DNA of 64,000 bases. Source: Podarcis gaigeae. Its lineage: Eukaryota. This document shows positions 38,351 to 52,141 of the stretch, piece after piece. Both the position numbers and the translations under genes were made by a program. The stretch lies in the NCBI GenBank assembly GCA_964106915.2, contig OZ066914.1, one strand, 5' to 3'. Under the pieces are notes generated by a model. The model searched no databases and had not been told where the DNA came from. It saw nothing but the letters and a program-made list of their open reading frames with translations. Every line of letters starts with the position of its first letter. Within the stretch, counting starts at the first letter, position 1.

Positions 38351-39374
38351 GGTACACAGCAGTACATGATGTTGCTAATAAGCCTACTTATTATAAAATG
38401 TATGTTAAATTACTAGTTGAATTACCATATTATCTTGACTTTCAGAAGACCAGTGAACAACTAAATAATAATATATTTTTTTAAAAAAAATTATTTATAC
38501 CCCACCCTAGCCACTCTGGGTGGCTTACAGCATATATAAAACATAGTAAAATATGCTGCAAAAACATGACCTGCCAGCCCAAATGGTAGTGTGCTTAGTG
38601 CTTTTGGTGCTAATGCCTGGTCTGTGGGCTCCTTTGCTGGGTTCTGACTCAATTAGTGATAACAGCAGGCAGCATGAACTCTGCCACCTCTTAAAATTTC
38701 TCACAGTGCTCCAGAGCAACACTGTTGGTGCATTGTGGGTAGTTAAAATTGCAGCTGGCTGACAGCATTCCTGTGCTGCTTCCAACTGCTACTGGTAATT
38801 TTGTCAAGGGGCACTGATGTCAAAAGGGATGTACCTGATGGCATTTTGTCAGGGCCCATTTCACTGTCCTTGTGTTTCCTCATGCTCTGCTCCTTATCAC
38901 TGGCTGCTGTGGGTGGGAATGCTGAAACGGACCACATAATGACATCTGCACACGGAGCATGTTGCATAACATATATTGGAGGAGAACAGTGGAACTTCAG
39001 CAAAGGGTTGCTGTTTGTGGTGATAGCCCATGTTTTTTATGTTTTATTCATTTGACAGTTTTATGTCTTGCTCATCCTCAAACCACACAACTTCAATAAA
39101 GCCACAAAACTGCAATAAACAACAGTGATGAAAGTTTCTAAAACCACAACACCAAACCAACAAGCCTTAGCTTGGGGATGTCAGCTATGGGGAAGACCAA
39201 ATGTCACCTAGGTAGGAGTTCCATAGACCAGGGACTGAGAATGCTCTGTGTCGTGTCACCATTCTTCTTGCTTCTGATGCGGGTGAGATAATGAGTAGGG
39301 CATCTTCTGCCATTTGTAATTTCTTGGTCGTTGGAAGTGGAGAGGACTACTTGTTGAACCCAAGTTGTTTACGG

Positions 39375-39512
39375 CAGGGATGTGAAACCATTAGCCCTCC
39401 AGATGATGTTGGACTCCAACTCCCATCAGTCCCATTCAGTATAGTCAGTGGTGACAGATAATGGGAGTTGCAATCCAGCAACTTCCGGTGGGCCAGAGGT
39501 TCTCCATCCCTG
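39375..39512. mobile_element. Short palindromic hAT-type MITE
   Basis: Foldback (CAACTCCCATCA / ATGGGAGTTG); 8-bp TSD GTTTACGG/GTTTATGG. Relatives at ~35855-35978, ~40407-40480 and 51924-52059. Confidence 0.8.
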
Positions 39513-42500
39513 GTTTATGGCCTTTGTGCTAATAGCACCCTCAGTTTCTGTTTAGCCAGTGGGCCAAACTTTTCTTAAAATGCCAATATAGAGTTGGCAA
39601 CAGAAGCTACTGCTGTTTGGCACTTATACAGATTTCTGATGTATAATGATGTACTTTCTAGCTTTCAGGAAGCATAATTTGAAGCCAACACTTGACAAAA
39701 ATCTCTGGAGGTACAGCTAACAGACTCCTTGGAAACAAGACTTCTTGCTTCATTTCCTCTCTGCTACAAATTGAATAGAACACAAGTGCAGGATGCCATT
39801 TTTGTCTGTCATGTTGGAGAACATTTCTTCCACTGTCTGATTTTGTTTTTATTCCTCCTGCCTAAAATTGTTTCATGGGAAGGGAAAACAAGTTTCTGCT
39901 CTTAAATGTCAAAAGCCACCCTGACAGAAAGGTTAAACTTAGGAATTAGAGAAAGTGAAAGAGACGTGATGTTTCTTTTTTATTTCTTCATTGATTTTGC
40001 TTTGTAGACACAGACAAAGGCTTAGGGTGCATAACAACATGCTAAAGCCATAAAAGTCATTGCAATTATTAAGCATTTTCCTCCATTTTCAGACTTAAAA
40101 CACCATTTAAATTATAACCTCTTAGCTTTGGGGGGATTCTCAGGCACAGATGAAGAAGGCAATTGCTGAGAGCCTATTTCAGTCTTAACACTATACCAAG
40201 AGTAGTCTTGAGAGTGTTGCCAGTTGATCACAGAGGTCATGATGGACCTTCAAGGTGGATGCAACTGCTTCTTCTGAGCCTGCTTATTCATAAAGCAATT
40301 GTCCACCTCCCCACCTTAATTTTTGGAAGTAGAGGAGGACTGTGTTTGTGTTTTTCCTCCACTTAGTCTGTTGCCTCCACAAGGGAGCTGTAGATTGCTC
40401 TATCTCAGGGAAGGGAACCTGCAGCCTTTCAGATGTTGCTGGACTCCAACTCCCATCAGCCCCCAGCCAGCCTAGCCAGTAGTAAGGTTAATGGAGCCAT
40501 AGTTATATATATGGATGACTTTAGGTTCCTTATCTCTGCTCCATCTGCTCAATAGTCTGGATATAGTAGCATTAAAGTAGTATACTGCCCACCTGAACAT
40601 CACAGGGTGGTTCACAACATAAAAATACAAAATGAGAACACAAAACAGACAATAAAACAAAAACAAACCAATACCACCCCCACTTTCCACAAAAACATTA
40701 AAAAAGCCATAGAGTCTGCTTATAGGAAAATGTTTTTACCTGGCACCTAAAGATATGTAATGGATGTGTCAGGTGAGCCTCTGATGACGTGCAGCTCTAT
40801 TTCTCCATAACATCTGAATCAGGAGATGTTGTGAAAGTTCTGGATCAAGATCTGAATGAAGTGGTGGACTGAATGAGGGCTGACTGAATTCTGGGAAGAT
40901 GGAGATATTTGCAATGGAATGAAAGGGTGTGGGTCTTACATAGTAAATATTAATTGCTTAAAGGAAAGCACTGGGTGTTTTAATGCTTCAAACTCACAAA
41001 TCTGATCTAAGAAAGTAAAAAAAAAGGGGGACAGGACAAAATATGTGGTCTAAGGTTTCCATTTTGCTACTGCTAGTGAGAAGCTGAAGGTTTTCTTGGT
41101 TTCTCTGCATTCTTTGTGTATTTTAACTAGAAGAAATATGGTTTTCTAGATTTAAGCTCTACAACATTCAAAGGAGGCGATAACTTAAAAATTAACCCAG
41201 GTTCAGATGACACACTAAGCCAAACCTTGGTTTAATCCAGTGCAGTATGGGAGCAAAACAGGCCAGGGAGGAGAAAAGTGGCTGCCAGCTGCTCTCTGGA
41301 AGACCCCACATTTGTATGGTCCTGGTAAGCAATGCTTGGTTTATCATTTTGTGTGAGCCCAGGGCCATTGTAAACTTTGATTAGTCCTTTAAAAAAGTAT
41401 TATTTCACTGACTTGTACAATTTTTATTTTTATCCAGACACTTTCTTCAGGCATAGAATGAAGTTGTCTTTGCAAGGGATATTTGCAGCCTGTCACTTCT
41501 TCATTCTACTTGGCACATAAGCTGAAATGAACACTAGCTGACAGGCAACTGATCTGCGCTGGAAAGTGAAAATGACAAAGGCAGCAATCCTCTGCCCAGT
41601 TAGCACTTCCCTGTTCCTTTCGAAGTCAGTAGGACAGAGCAAATAATGTTGGGTGAACCAATATGCTATCCTATTTCAATATATATTATATATGGATTTA
41701 TTTTTCTCATAGCAGATTTTATCTTGGGAAGAATTCACAAGAATCATGTTTTAGGTACATTCATTTGCTCTTATCGTGTTGGGAATTAAAACATGTAAGG
41801 ATTTCAAAGATCATGGCAACATTTTCTAAGAGTCTTGGTGGATGTGGATCAAGTCTTTTGAGACAGACGTTTGGCAAACTGGTGGCTTTCACAACTTAGT
41901 TAAATCTTCCTCTGTTTTTCTCCATCAGACAGGCTTTGATGTCTACTTAATGCCATGTTTTATCACACTTAATTTAACCCTTATACATTTATTTGCAGCA
42001 ACAGCCTCTGCCCTTGTACATCTTTTATTGTGGGGGAGGAATTCAGAGGGTGTGTGTGTTATGGGTATTACACCATGGGTATTGTCAGTGACACCATAAT
42101 ATTCCACAATAAACAGTATGCATCACATTTTGGCAAGCTAATTTTGGCTTTCCACGGCTACTGTTTGAAGCATTGCAAGGACAGTTTGCCCTGAGACCAT
42201 CACAGCAGAACAGGAAAAAGTGAAAATGTGTACAATGACAGTAGTAAAAGACTGCTTCAAGGTCCCTGAGAAGTTAATGTGTGCACACCTCATCTGAAGT
42301 CCATTTTGAATTAGCCTTAACTTTGTTCCAGGTTATGCCCACACTTTATAATGCAAAGGCTATATTAATATAACACTTTAAAAATAAAAATAAAATAAAA
42401 CCCTGAAAAACGTTGAGGCTGCAACTATGTGTCCAGTTCCTTTTCACTTAGGAACATATCACTGGCTGCAGAACTGCAACTTTGGGGTGCAGTTCAATAA

Positions 42501-42888
42501 GATTCCATCTACATCACAAAATAATGTTAAACCACCGTAAGACCCATGAACTCCAAGATGGAAATCTGGGAATGGTGGAGGTATTGGCAGTTCTGATTGA
42601 GACCCTTTTCTACTTTTGCTCTAGAATTGGGGAACCCTTCAGTGTACATTTCTGGGGTTGTGTGGTGGGGGCTTCAGAAATGGAAGCTGAACTATGCATG
42701 TGGAACATTGTATGCAACCCTCCATCTCTGTCTCCTCAGTTTGGAGAAATTTAAAACTTACGCTTTGTGTTATCTTACCAAATTAATCCCTGCCATTCTA
42801 TTAAGTTACAAATGTATGAATAATGCCATTGCTAAAAAGCTTTATGAATTCAGTTTTTCTAGTTCCCCAATAGTTTAGCCTCTATTAT

Positions 42889-43030
42889 TGTTAAGTGGGT
42901 GAACATATCAGACGACACAGCGATTCTTCAAACAGCTCTTGTTTATTCACAGGCCAGAACAGTACTGAACTGAAGGGTTCAGTCAGCCTGCTTATATAGA
43001 GCTCCAGTACAACGTAACTGTAACAATTTT
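42889..43030 (-). mobile_element. Truncated copy of the solo-LTR family at 26424
   Basis: About 140 bp closely similar to 26424-26570, then replaced by a LINE/SINE-like tail. Confidence 0.8.
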
Positions 43031-43132
43031 TACTGGGCTGTCCTTGTTTTGATTATGTATTCTGTGTTTTTATATTGTGATTTTATCTTGTGAACTGCCC
43101 CGAGACCTGTGAGTATAGGGCAGTATACAAAT

Positions 43133-43205
43133 AATACAATACAATACAATACAATACAATACAATACAATACAATACAATACAATACAATACAATACAAT
43201 ACAAT
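43133..43205. repeat. (AATAC)n microsatellite at the 3' tail of a short retroposon fragment
   Basis: Directly visible pentanucleotide array. Confidence 0.95.
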
Positions 43206-44414
43206 AATATAAGCTTTACTACTTACTGATCAAGTCTCCCATGCATAGTGAATCAGACTGTGCCCCTACCCACCTCTCCTCCACTTCCCAGGAAAGCAGC
43301 AGTAGCAGGTTCATAATTTGGACAATGCATATGTCTATTATGCATAGTGTGGCCCCTAGGTGGCTTGATCGGCCCCTTGATGCTGCTGCCTTTCAGGGCT
43401 ACAGCCACAGGGGGTTGTAAGGCTCCTGGCAGGCCACAATTGCATAATGTGTTCAGCTTCATGGATCACAAGTGGCACAGGCCTGGTCTAGCATTTTCTT
43501 AATGATTTCTTTCAGTACTCTCTTAATAGCTTTGCCGTTGACCTCTGGAAAGCCTTCTGTGTTGTATGTGGCTTTTTGGCTTAAGTTTTCCTGCCATCGT
43601 AAGAGGGGCGGTCATTTGTGGTTCTGCTGCATGCTAACTGATAGTTTTCGATGAAGAGTGGGCTGAGATCATCAGGGCTGTCTTGTTCCAGGCAGATGTG
43701 TCTCTTCATATCCCCCAGGGGATAACAGGCTAATGGTTTGCCCATAAAGCCATGCAGCTTTTAATAGTCCTCTCTAAAAATGAACAGAGCAGCAGTAGAA
43801 TCATATTCTGCATTGTGATAACATAATGCTCTTACAAAGCTATTCATTATACAAGCCGCTTTGGTGGACAAATTAGACATGCGGAATTTTCAGGTTTTTC
43901 CTTATTCAGAGTTTAATTAATTTAGTGTAATAAGCTGTAAGCGCATTAATATCAACAAAATACTTTGTACTGTTATCTGTAATACTCAGATGAAAAGCCA
44001 TAGGCATTGTTGTTTCTTTTTAAAATAAGAAAGGCTTAGTAGTGTTTATAAATAACGTCTTCTAATTTATTGCAATTTATGCATGGAAGGGAGGAAAATA
44101 TGTTCTTTTCTGTGGATGGCAAACCAATGTGGCAATGCAGATCTTTACAAGGAAATCTTTATTAGTGCTTTTAAAACTCTTATTCATTTGCATGCATAGC
44201 TGATCTTGAGATTTGAGAAAGCAATGTTTCTGCTCATGTGCATTAAGACATTGTAACTTTTCCAGTTACTATATTTGCAACTGCTTATATCTGACCATAC
44301 AGAGCAGGATAGTAAGGTGATTCTAACTATGGCTGTTGCAAAATGTGTATTTGCAATGAGAATTATAGTGTTGGAACACAGAAATCAAATGTACATTATT
44401 CAAATCATCTACTG

Positions 44415-44878
44415 CATGGGTAGGGAAACTAAGGCCTGCAGGCCGGATCAGGCCCAATTGCCTTCTGGATCCGGCCCGCGGATGGTCTGGGAATCGCTGT
44501 GTGGATCGCCAGCGTACACGTTCTTTCCCTCTCCCTCCCTCTTATAGCGGCGTGGGTGCCTCCTCCTTCCTGGCTTCTCCCTGCCCTGCCTAGAGGAGGA
44601 AGGGGGCTAGGCTTTGTTGGTGCCAGCAGCAGCAGCAGCAGTGCTTGAGCAGCCGCCATTTTAAGCAGCCCCTCTCCAGAGCCCTTTCACGCGCCGCTCA
44701 TCGTCCCTCCGCTGCTACCACCGCCACCAGCCCCTGCCGCTCACAAATCACAGGTAAGCAGCCACCGGGGCTTGTGGTGCTCTTGGATCATTTCCCCCAC
44801 CCAAATACAGTCTAGCCCCCCACAAGGTCTGAGGGACAGTGGACTGGTCCCCTGCTGAAAAAGTTTGTTGACTGTCTG
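44415..44878 (-). mobile_element. hAT MITE, longer variant of the 29217 family
   Basis: Both ends are reverse-complement matches to the ends of 29217-29469, with a different GC-rich interior; right terminus eroded. Confidence 0.75.
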
Positions 44879-47690
44879 AAACAGGGACAGCTGCATGCCT
44901 GATCTCCATGGATAAACTTGTATAATCCAGACCATAGTGATCACAAGCAGAGAGCAGTCAGATTTCAGGCAGGTGTCTATTGCCATGGATGAAGTGTAGG
45001 TGGTGGTCAGCGGGAAGTCCAGCACTAGGAGCCAGGAGCCAGGTGGAGCTTCTTGGCAAATTCAAAGCAAATAGCTTCATATAACTCATATAGCACAGTG
45101 TTGTTAATTGCTTAACACAAAGGTTGTGTCATCAGAAAACATGACAGCATGGAATGGTGAGGGTTTGGGGTCATCCTAATGGGTTCCCGTGACTTGTCGA
45201 TAGCTTCCAAGAACCACTTTATTATTTTAGCCATTTTTACGTTATGTCCTAGTTTGCATGAAACACCAAAACAAACCATGACTTAGTGCCGATGAGCAAA
45301 TATGCAGGTTTTTTGAACAAAGACTGTGGCTGCTGCACTTCTCCCCCAGCCCTGCTACAGTTGGACTACTTGGGCTAAGCTGTGGTTTAGCTTAGCATTA
45401 TATCCAAACCTGGACTTGTGGGTTGCCTCACTCCAGACAAATCACTAGCAGTAACTAAGGTTTTGTTCTTGGTTCAGTCTTGTCGTTTGTCCTGGAGAAA
45501 CAGCCCATGAACCTGGACATAAAGCTAAGCTAAGCATGACCTAGCCCTTGGCAATCCAGCAGCAGGAGGCCATGGGAAGAGTCAAATGGCCATAGTCTTT
45601 ACTGTGCGAAATATTGATTGTGCTAAGCCATGGTTTGGTTTAGTGTTATCTGCAAACTGGGGCAATGAACATATGCATGAGGGGGTGGGGTGGGGGTGGG
45701 AGCAAGATTGCAGCAGTAGGTCTGGTCTCTGAATTACGCACGTTCATTTGAAGGTCAGGACATGGCCTCTATCTCTACAATTGCACAGGTTCAGGGATCT
45801 CTCCATGCTTTTTCTGTTTTCCATTGTATGGAGAGAGGCCTGTGTTCCAACCTTCAAATGAATTCACGACAAGAGGACAGCATGCAATGTGCCAACCCAA
45901 TCCCATTACCCTCTCCCTCTCCCAGATGCATTCATTTGTCATCTGAAAGGGGCTTTGGCCTTTCACCTTTCTCTTTTCTTGTATAGAGAATCTCAGTACA
46001 GTTCCTTACACTTTGCAGAAATTCTGCCTTTCAAGTTGAAATTATGCTTCTCTTAATTCTGTCTTACACTTATTGTACAGGCTGTGGAAAAGACCAATTA
46101 GTATGTCATCTCTGGAGAAATGTCTTCAGAATATATAACACCAGGAATGCACTTTCTTTCTAGTGGAGACTTAAATTGCATTGATCCATCAGAATATGTG
46201 TGGAATGCAAAGCGGTTTTTATTTATTTTAACTAATTAGCCAGCCGTAAAAGTTCACACTGTGTTCTGAGAGTCAAGCTGGGATCTTTCATCTCACAAAA
46301 ACCATCCATTCTTACAGTGATTCTTTAGGAAAAACTTCTTAAATGCTCTCCATGCAATCAGATTATCTTCAAATTATATCCAGAGTGACAATATATGACT
46401 TGTACAAAGGTCACTGTAAAGGAGTAAATCAAAAACCAGGCAACTTGTGCCCTGTATGTTTTTCTCTTTAGAAAATATATCCAAGTGATGTAGCAACTCT
46501 TGGTGAATAGTGACTGGTTTTCAATCTATGTCAAAGGACAGGCACTCTACTGAATCTATACCAAGGTAGAAATTAACTGCCTTTAGCATCCTTCCACTTA
46601 GAATCTTAGATCATATCACTGAAGCAGTGCAATTTGCTTAAGGGCAAGCCTGGCTTGGTTAAAGAAACCCTTTGTCCAGAATGTAATTTTTTTGTGTTTT
46701 TCCCCCTCCCTCTCTTTGTGATGCTCAGCAATCAGTGTAGCTTCACAATATTTATAAACAGATAATTGGAGCACGTTGTTCAGCTCTGCTGCCCTTCAGC
46801 TGGGCATTATATGCTGTTAAACCAGGCACACGACCAATATAATTTTTCATCTCTCCCATTGATCTTGTACAACATAATATATATCTTTGCAAGGTTGTTG
46901 CAGATCAGCTGTCAAAAACTTAAATAGGCTGGTGTCTAAAGTATACAGAATTGAAAGAGAAAATAGTCCGGCTGCTGTCCCTTCTTTCCATTGTTGATGA
47001 TCCTTGCAGTTAATAATGGCTTATTGTGAACAGGGTGCTGTTTGTATATATCCTGGGTTATCTTCCCAATCATTTCTGGATATCAGGATTGTTTCATATG
47101 ATTCTGCATGAATGAATGAAGAGGGGTGTACACCACAGTAACATATTTCAAACATGCTATCTATTTATCTATTATCTAACATGTTATCTATTTAATTCAT
47201 GTGGCATATGGGAGCAATTTACAATGCTTACCACACTAAAAGAAAAATGAAACAGATAACATGTTGTAATAGTTCTCTCAAAGAGTTCATGAGGAATTTG
47301 ATTTTTGTGAATTCAAATGTGACCTTATATGATTCTTAAAAAATACTATAAAGATCACAATCAATTATTCTTGTTATTTTGCACATTTTCAAATTTTATG
47401 GTAAGTTCTTGGCTGAAAAAAGAAAGATATGAAAATGCATTAAAAAGGCACATTTTAGGATAGGATGCACTTACTAGCTTATATGTAGAGATAAAATTTA
47501 TATTTAAATACGTATTTTGTGACAGAATACGTATTTAAATATGAACGTTAGTGTAGATTTTATAAAACCTTCAGATTAATGAAGAAATAGAATGGAACAG
47601 GCTAATAAATAAGCACATGTGGAATTGACTTTGACCCAGTCCATCCCTGGTTGTCTTGGAAGAGGCAACTCTCTGGAGCAACTAACAAAA

Positions 47691-47693
<3 letters not shown>

Positions 47694-47733
<40 letters not shown>
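47694..47733. repeat. (CA)n microsatellite
   Basis: Directly visible dinucleotide run. Confidence 0.95.
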
Positions 47734-47734
<1 letters not shown>

Positions 47735-47904
47735 ACACCCTTTCCCCTTTATATCCAGCAGCTTTTAGAGTTCTGACTACATGGACTAATCAAGTAAAAA
47801 AAATCTAATGTTTAATTTTATCATACACTGTCGTGAAGACAGGAAAACGACCAGACCCCTCACCTTGCATTTTAGAAAATTATTAATAGTGGTCTACATT
47901 GTAG

Positions 47905-48229
47905 ACTGCAAGAAGATCAAACCTATCCATTCTTAAGGAAATCAGCCCTGAGTGCTCACTGGAAGGACAGATCGTGAAGCTGAGGCTCCAATACTTTGGC
48001 CAGCTCATGAGAAGAGAAGACTCCCTGGAAAAGACCCTGATGTTGGGAAAGATTGAGGGCACAAGGAGAAGGGGATGACAGAGGACCAGATGGTTGGATA
48101 GTGTTCTCAAAGCTACCAGCATGAGTTTGACCAAACTGCGGGAGGCAGTGGAAGACAGAAGTGCCTGACGTGCTCTGGTCCATGTGGTCACAAAGAGTTG
48201 GACACAACTAAACGACTATAAACAACAAC
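47905..48229 (+). mobile_element. 5'-truncated Bov-B (RTE) LINE 3' end
   Basis: Translates to TARRSNLSILKEISPECSLEGQIVKLRLQYFGQLMRREDSLEKTLMLGKIEG; (CAA)n tail; TSD ACATTGTAG (47896-47904, 48230-48238). Confidence 0.92.
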
Positions 48230-50094
48230 ACATTGTAGGAACATGGTGCACTTTTTACTTTGTCAGCAATGTCTGCAACCTGCAATATGAGGAGAATGGA
48301 CTATGATAGCATTGCCTGGGTAATTTTTAATTGTCTACTAATGTGGCTACTAGGATCTTTGTGTGGCTGACACAAATGTTAGTGTGCAGGGGGCATGTCT
48401 AGCAATGTAATGCTGCTGCCCCATCTTCTGTTCATTATCCACATGTACTGGATGTGTGAATAGTTGTGATAATTAGATTCATTAACTTGCACCAACCCAT
48501 GAACCAGTTACTGAACCTTTATTGTCCTGAATTGGAACTGAACCAGATTACCATCAGTCACAACTGAACCCAAACAAAAGCCACAAAACCAGAACGTTTA
48601 GTATTTTGATTATCTGGATCTAATAAATGTGGCTTTAGGTGGGGTGGCGGAGGATTTATTTACCATGTTGAGTGAACTTAAGAGATGCCTTTCCTGTGGA
48701 ACCCTAACAGCCATGAAGCCTTACCAGGTTATGCATTTGTTACTTCACTGTTTGATAGAATGATCTAATGGTGAAAGAACACTTTGTAGCAAAAAGAGTA
48801 CATATTTGTTCTCTTTGCAGAGTTTTTGAATCTTTCCCCTCACTTTGCTTGTAGTATGTTGTGCTAATTCAGTTTTGGTTCAGCTGCACCAGTTTTTATA
48901 AACACACAATTTGTTTTCTTGTCTTGATGCCAGGCATTGTTTTTCAAGCTTCCAGACCATGACCAGAACTCTGAATACAAACTACACATTTATTTTTTGC
49001 TTGGTTGAAGAGCACTGCCTAGGAGCAGAAGGTGCTTTTGACAGCTATATTAATGAGACAAGATGAACATAAAATGTCTATTTGGTACAAACCCATTGTG
49101 TACAGAAAGCATTTTTTATTAAGCCTTTAAAGTATTGTGTATTTTAGGAAAGATATTTAAATAAGAATAAAAAACAATCCAACTCTTTTAACAGCTGACT
49201 TATTAGTTGAATTGAGATGAACTAGAGCAGTCACTAAAGGAATTTCTAAGGGCTGTGTGTGTATGTGTGTGTGTGAGAGAGAGAGATAAACTCAAGAAAA
49301 TTCCTATAACTTTTCAAGGCACTTGCATATGCCTTCCTATTACCACAGTTCCTGGGCTTCTTTTATGCCAAATTATATTGAGCTACAATGCTGTTGTTGC
49401 TATTTATTATTAATATTACCTACCATTCACCAGAAGGTTCCAGGACAAGTTACAGCAATATAAAATATGGTGTAAGGCTAAATATTAATAATTGAAATGG
49501 ATATGAACACTTCTGATCCTCACACAGCAGTGCTAGGAGAGGTGAGGGAAATGCAAGAGTCTGAGTCTTGCTGTAGCTCATGCCCATAATGATAAACCAA
49601 AGTTCATTGTTATGTCCAAATGGAACCAAAGCCAAGTTCAAGGTGGCTAAGTCATTATACTGGTAATATTTCTGTTACCAGATACAGTATTCACAACATA
49701 CAAGATTGCTACATGGCGTTCTTTTCATTTTTCTCAAATGCTGTGAGAATAAAAATGCTGCCGAACTTTTTTCTTATCTCATCTGTTACACTATTAATGA
49801 GTTCTTTTAAATTAATTGTTTTTCCAGTTCTGTGATATGCCAGCGTGCTCTTTTGGTGGTAAAAGTCATGGTAATCTTAATATGTTGCAAATTACTTAGT
49901 GGATGAAATGAAAATTCTTCATCTACATGGCGCTTGATTTTTCTATTTAAATGCTTTGAAATGTTAAATTGAGAATTACGTTGCTGTGCCCATGTACCTC
50001 TCTTATCTGAAATGAGATTAATAGGAACATAGAACCGGACTGTTCCTTTGGCACTCACATTTCAGAATACCCATCTCTTGGCAAATCTCTCAAT

Positions 50095-50694
50095 TGTGCT
50101 GGACCCGGGGGAAAGGTACCGTGAGCGTAGTCTGAGTCCACACGAAGAGGGGCGAGGTCCGAGGCGGAGAGCCGGGCGGGGAACAGGAACGCTGGAACAG
50201 GAGGCCGAGCAGGGAACAGGAACACCGGATGGTCAGGAACAGGAGGCCGAGCAGGGATCAGGAACACAGGCAGGTCCAAAGCCAACAACGACGTTGCTCC
50301 CGCAACCTGGGACCGGGCTGACTGGGCTTTTATCCTCTTCTAAGGCCAGGGGCGGTCCCGGCCCCCAGGAGCCCCGCCTCCTCTGGCCTTAAGACGAGCA
50401 CTCCTCCTGGGAGCAACCAGTTCCCTTCGCCTCTCTGCCCTAAGCCTCTGCAGATCAGGAGAGGCCGAAGGGTTACTGGGCCCTGGAGGAGGCTCACCTG
50501 TAGCCACTGAGTCCTCAAGCCCCTCTGGGGCCAGAAGGGTTTCACCTGGGGCCAGCTCCTGGTGCTCTGCCACAGGTGCAGGCTCTTCAGCATCTAGGCC
50601 TTGCCCCAGTTCAGCCGGCCCTGGAGGCGGGGACTCCTGTGCAGGCTGGGATTCCTCTGGTTCATCCTCTGAATCGGAATCCCAGGCCATCACA
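50095..50694 (-). mobile_element. 600-bp solo LTR (probably Gypsy) carrying an ORF across its U3 region
   Basis: TGTG...CACA ends with imperfect 8-bp inverted termini; perfect 5-bp TSD TCAAT (50090-50094, 50695-50699); TATA-like GGATAAAAG at ~50327-50335 (minus); pyrimidine-rich tandem repeats downstream. Confidence 0.85.
50340..50693 (-). CDS. LTR-encoded 117-codon ORF: acidic/proline-rich, then arginine-rich (RRSARL)
   Basis: Open from LTR base 2 (GTG ATG G) to a TAG just before the TATA-like box. Expression is not shown. Confidence 0.45.
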   Translation of the reverse strand: MMAWDSDSEDEPEESQPAQESPPPGPAELGQGLDAEEPAPVAEHQELAPGETLLAPEGLEDSVATGEPPPGPSNPSASPDLQRLRAERRRELVAPRRSARLKARGGGAPGGRDRPWP

Positions 50695-51923
50695 TCAATA
50701 AATATTTCCGTCTCCCCTTCTCCTTATTTTGTTGCTTTCTACTATATTGTTTGCTTGTTGTTCTTATTGTATTTGGGTCACCTTAAGAGATATCTTGGGA
50801 TGTTTCTCGTTTTCACAAGAGGAAGGCAAATCATCATGTTGCCAGTGTTCAAATCCAGTGTTCTATAGACCAAAACATGCGTCCCTTCCATGCATAGGGC
50901 TAATGTGTGGAGGCTGGAACACGGCCATACCTGCGGGCCACTCACCCTCCATCTTCTTACACATGAGCAGCTGCTCATGAATTGGTACTCTGGGTACACA
51001 TAACTTACTGTTGCTTCTGATCATCCCAAAGCTGATAAGGACTCCACTTCCCACACAGAGGTTAATCCTTGGATTAATAGAATTGCATTTCATACAAGCC
51101 TATTCACTAATTGGGGTCAAGACGGTGGGCACCACTGTCTGTGCCATCTATATGACACATTCAAACAGCTGCAAATAGAGGTCAAGCCTCTATCCAATAG
51201 CCCCCACACTGTAGAACCTCCTTCCAGAATGTGTCTGGAAAGCTTTGTCAATGGTCTTTGGCAAGGTTTATAAAACTTGTGTATTCCATCAAGCTTTTTG
51301 AGTAAAACTATTTTTGTTAGGTGTCTTTAACAATGGTTTAAATATTATTCAATTTTTGTTTCAGCTGTACACCACTTCAGTGGCATCAACATATTGTAAT
51401 AAACTTCATCAATGAAGAAATTGATTTATGGGATTGTTTTATTCATTTAAAGCATTTTCTATTCTTCTCTTGTTGTTTTAAGGATTTGTAGAAACTGAGA
51501 GATAAGGAAGGCCCAGTTAAATCTGCTTCCCACAGTTGTTTTAGAAGGAAGGCTCAGAAATGTGTCACATTCTGAATACATCTGACTTTATGCAAAGACT
51601 TTGTACATATTATTACATATTGTTCCTTATATGAAGGAGATGTCTGACCATGGGGTTGTAATTTATTTATTTACACGGCCATCAAGATAAGTATTCAACT
51701 TCCTAATATATCTTCATTGAACTGTTGATTATGGATCCAATATGTCATTCCTGTCCAGTTATCACCAGTGAAGATCCCATGAGTGTACATGTGAAGTTAA
51801 GATTTTTTGCATGGAAGTGTATAACTTCTTCATATTGAATTGCAATTGTCATTTTACTGCCTGTTCATTCAGTTTGGAGATATCCTTTTGACACATAAGT
51901 TCTGAAAAACAAATTAAATTATG

Positions 51924-52059
51924 CAGCCTTCTCCAAAATGGTGCCCTCCAGATGTTTTGGACTACAACTCCCATCATCCCCATCCAGCATTGTTAACAAT
52001 TAGGGATGATGGGAGTTGCAGTCCAAAAAGTCTGGAAAGCAAAAGGTTGGGGAAGGCTG
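51924..52059. mobile_element. Short palindromic MITE
   Basis: CAGCCTTCTCCAA / TTGGGGAAGGCTG termini and an internal foldback; same family as 39375-39512. Confidence 0.75.
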
Positions 52060-52141
52060 ACCTCAGCTCATGATGTGCAGTCCTAAAGTCGTGTGCACTA
52101 TTGAGCTCAATAAGTTTTACGTCCTAGTATGTTTAGGATTA

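Noticed and set aside
43700-46920. TAAT-rich unique stretches that look like conserved enhancers (also ~6100-6220 and ~54300-54480)
   Set aside because: Conservation cannot be judged without alignments, so they are not supportable from sequence alone.
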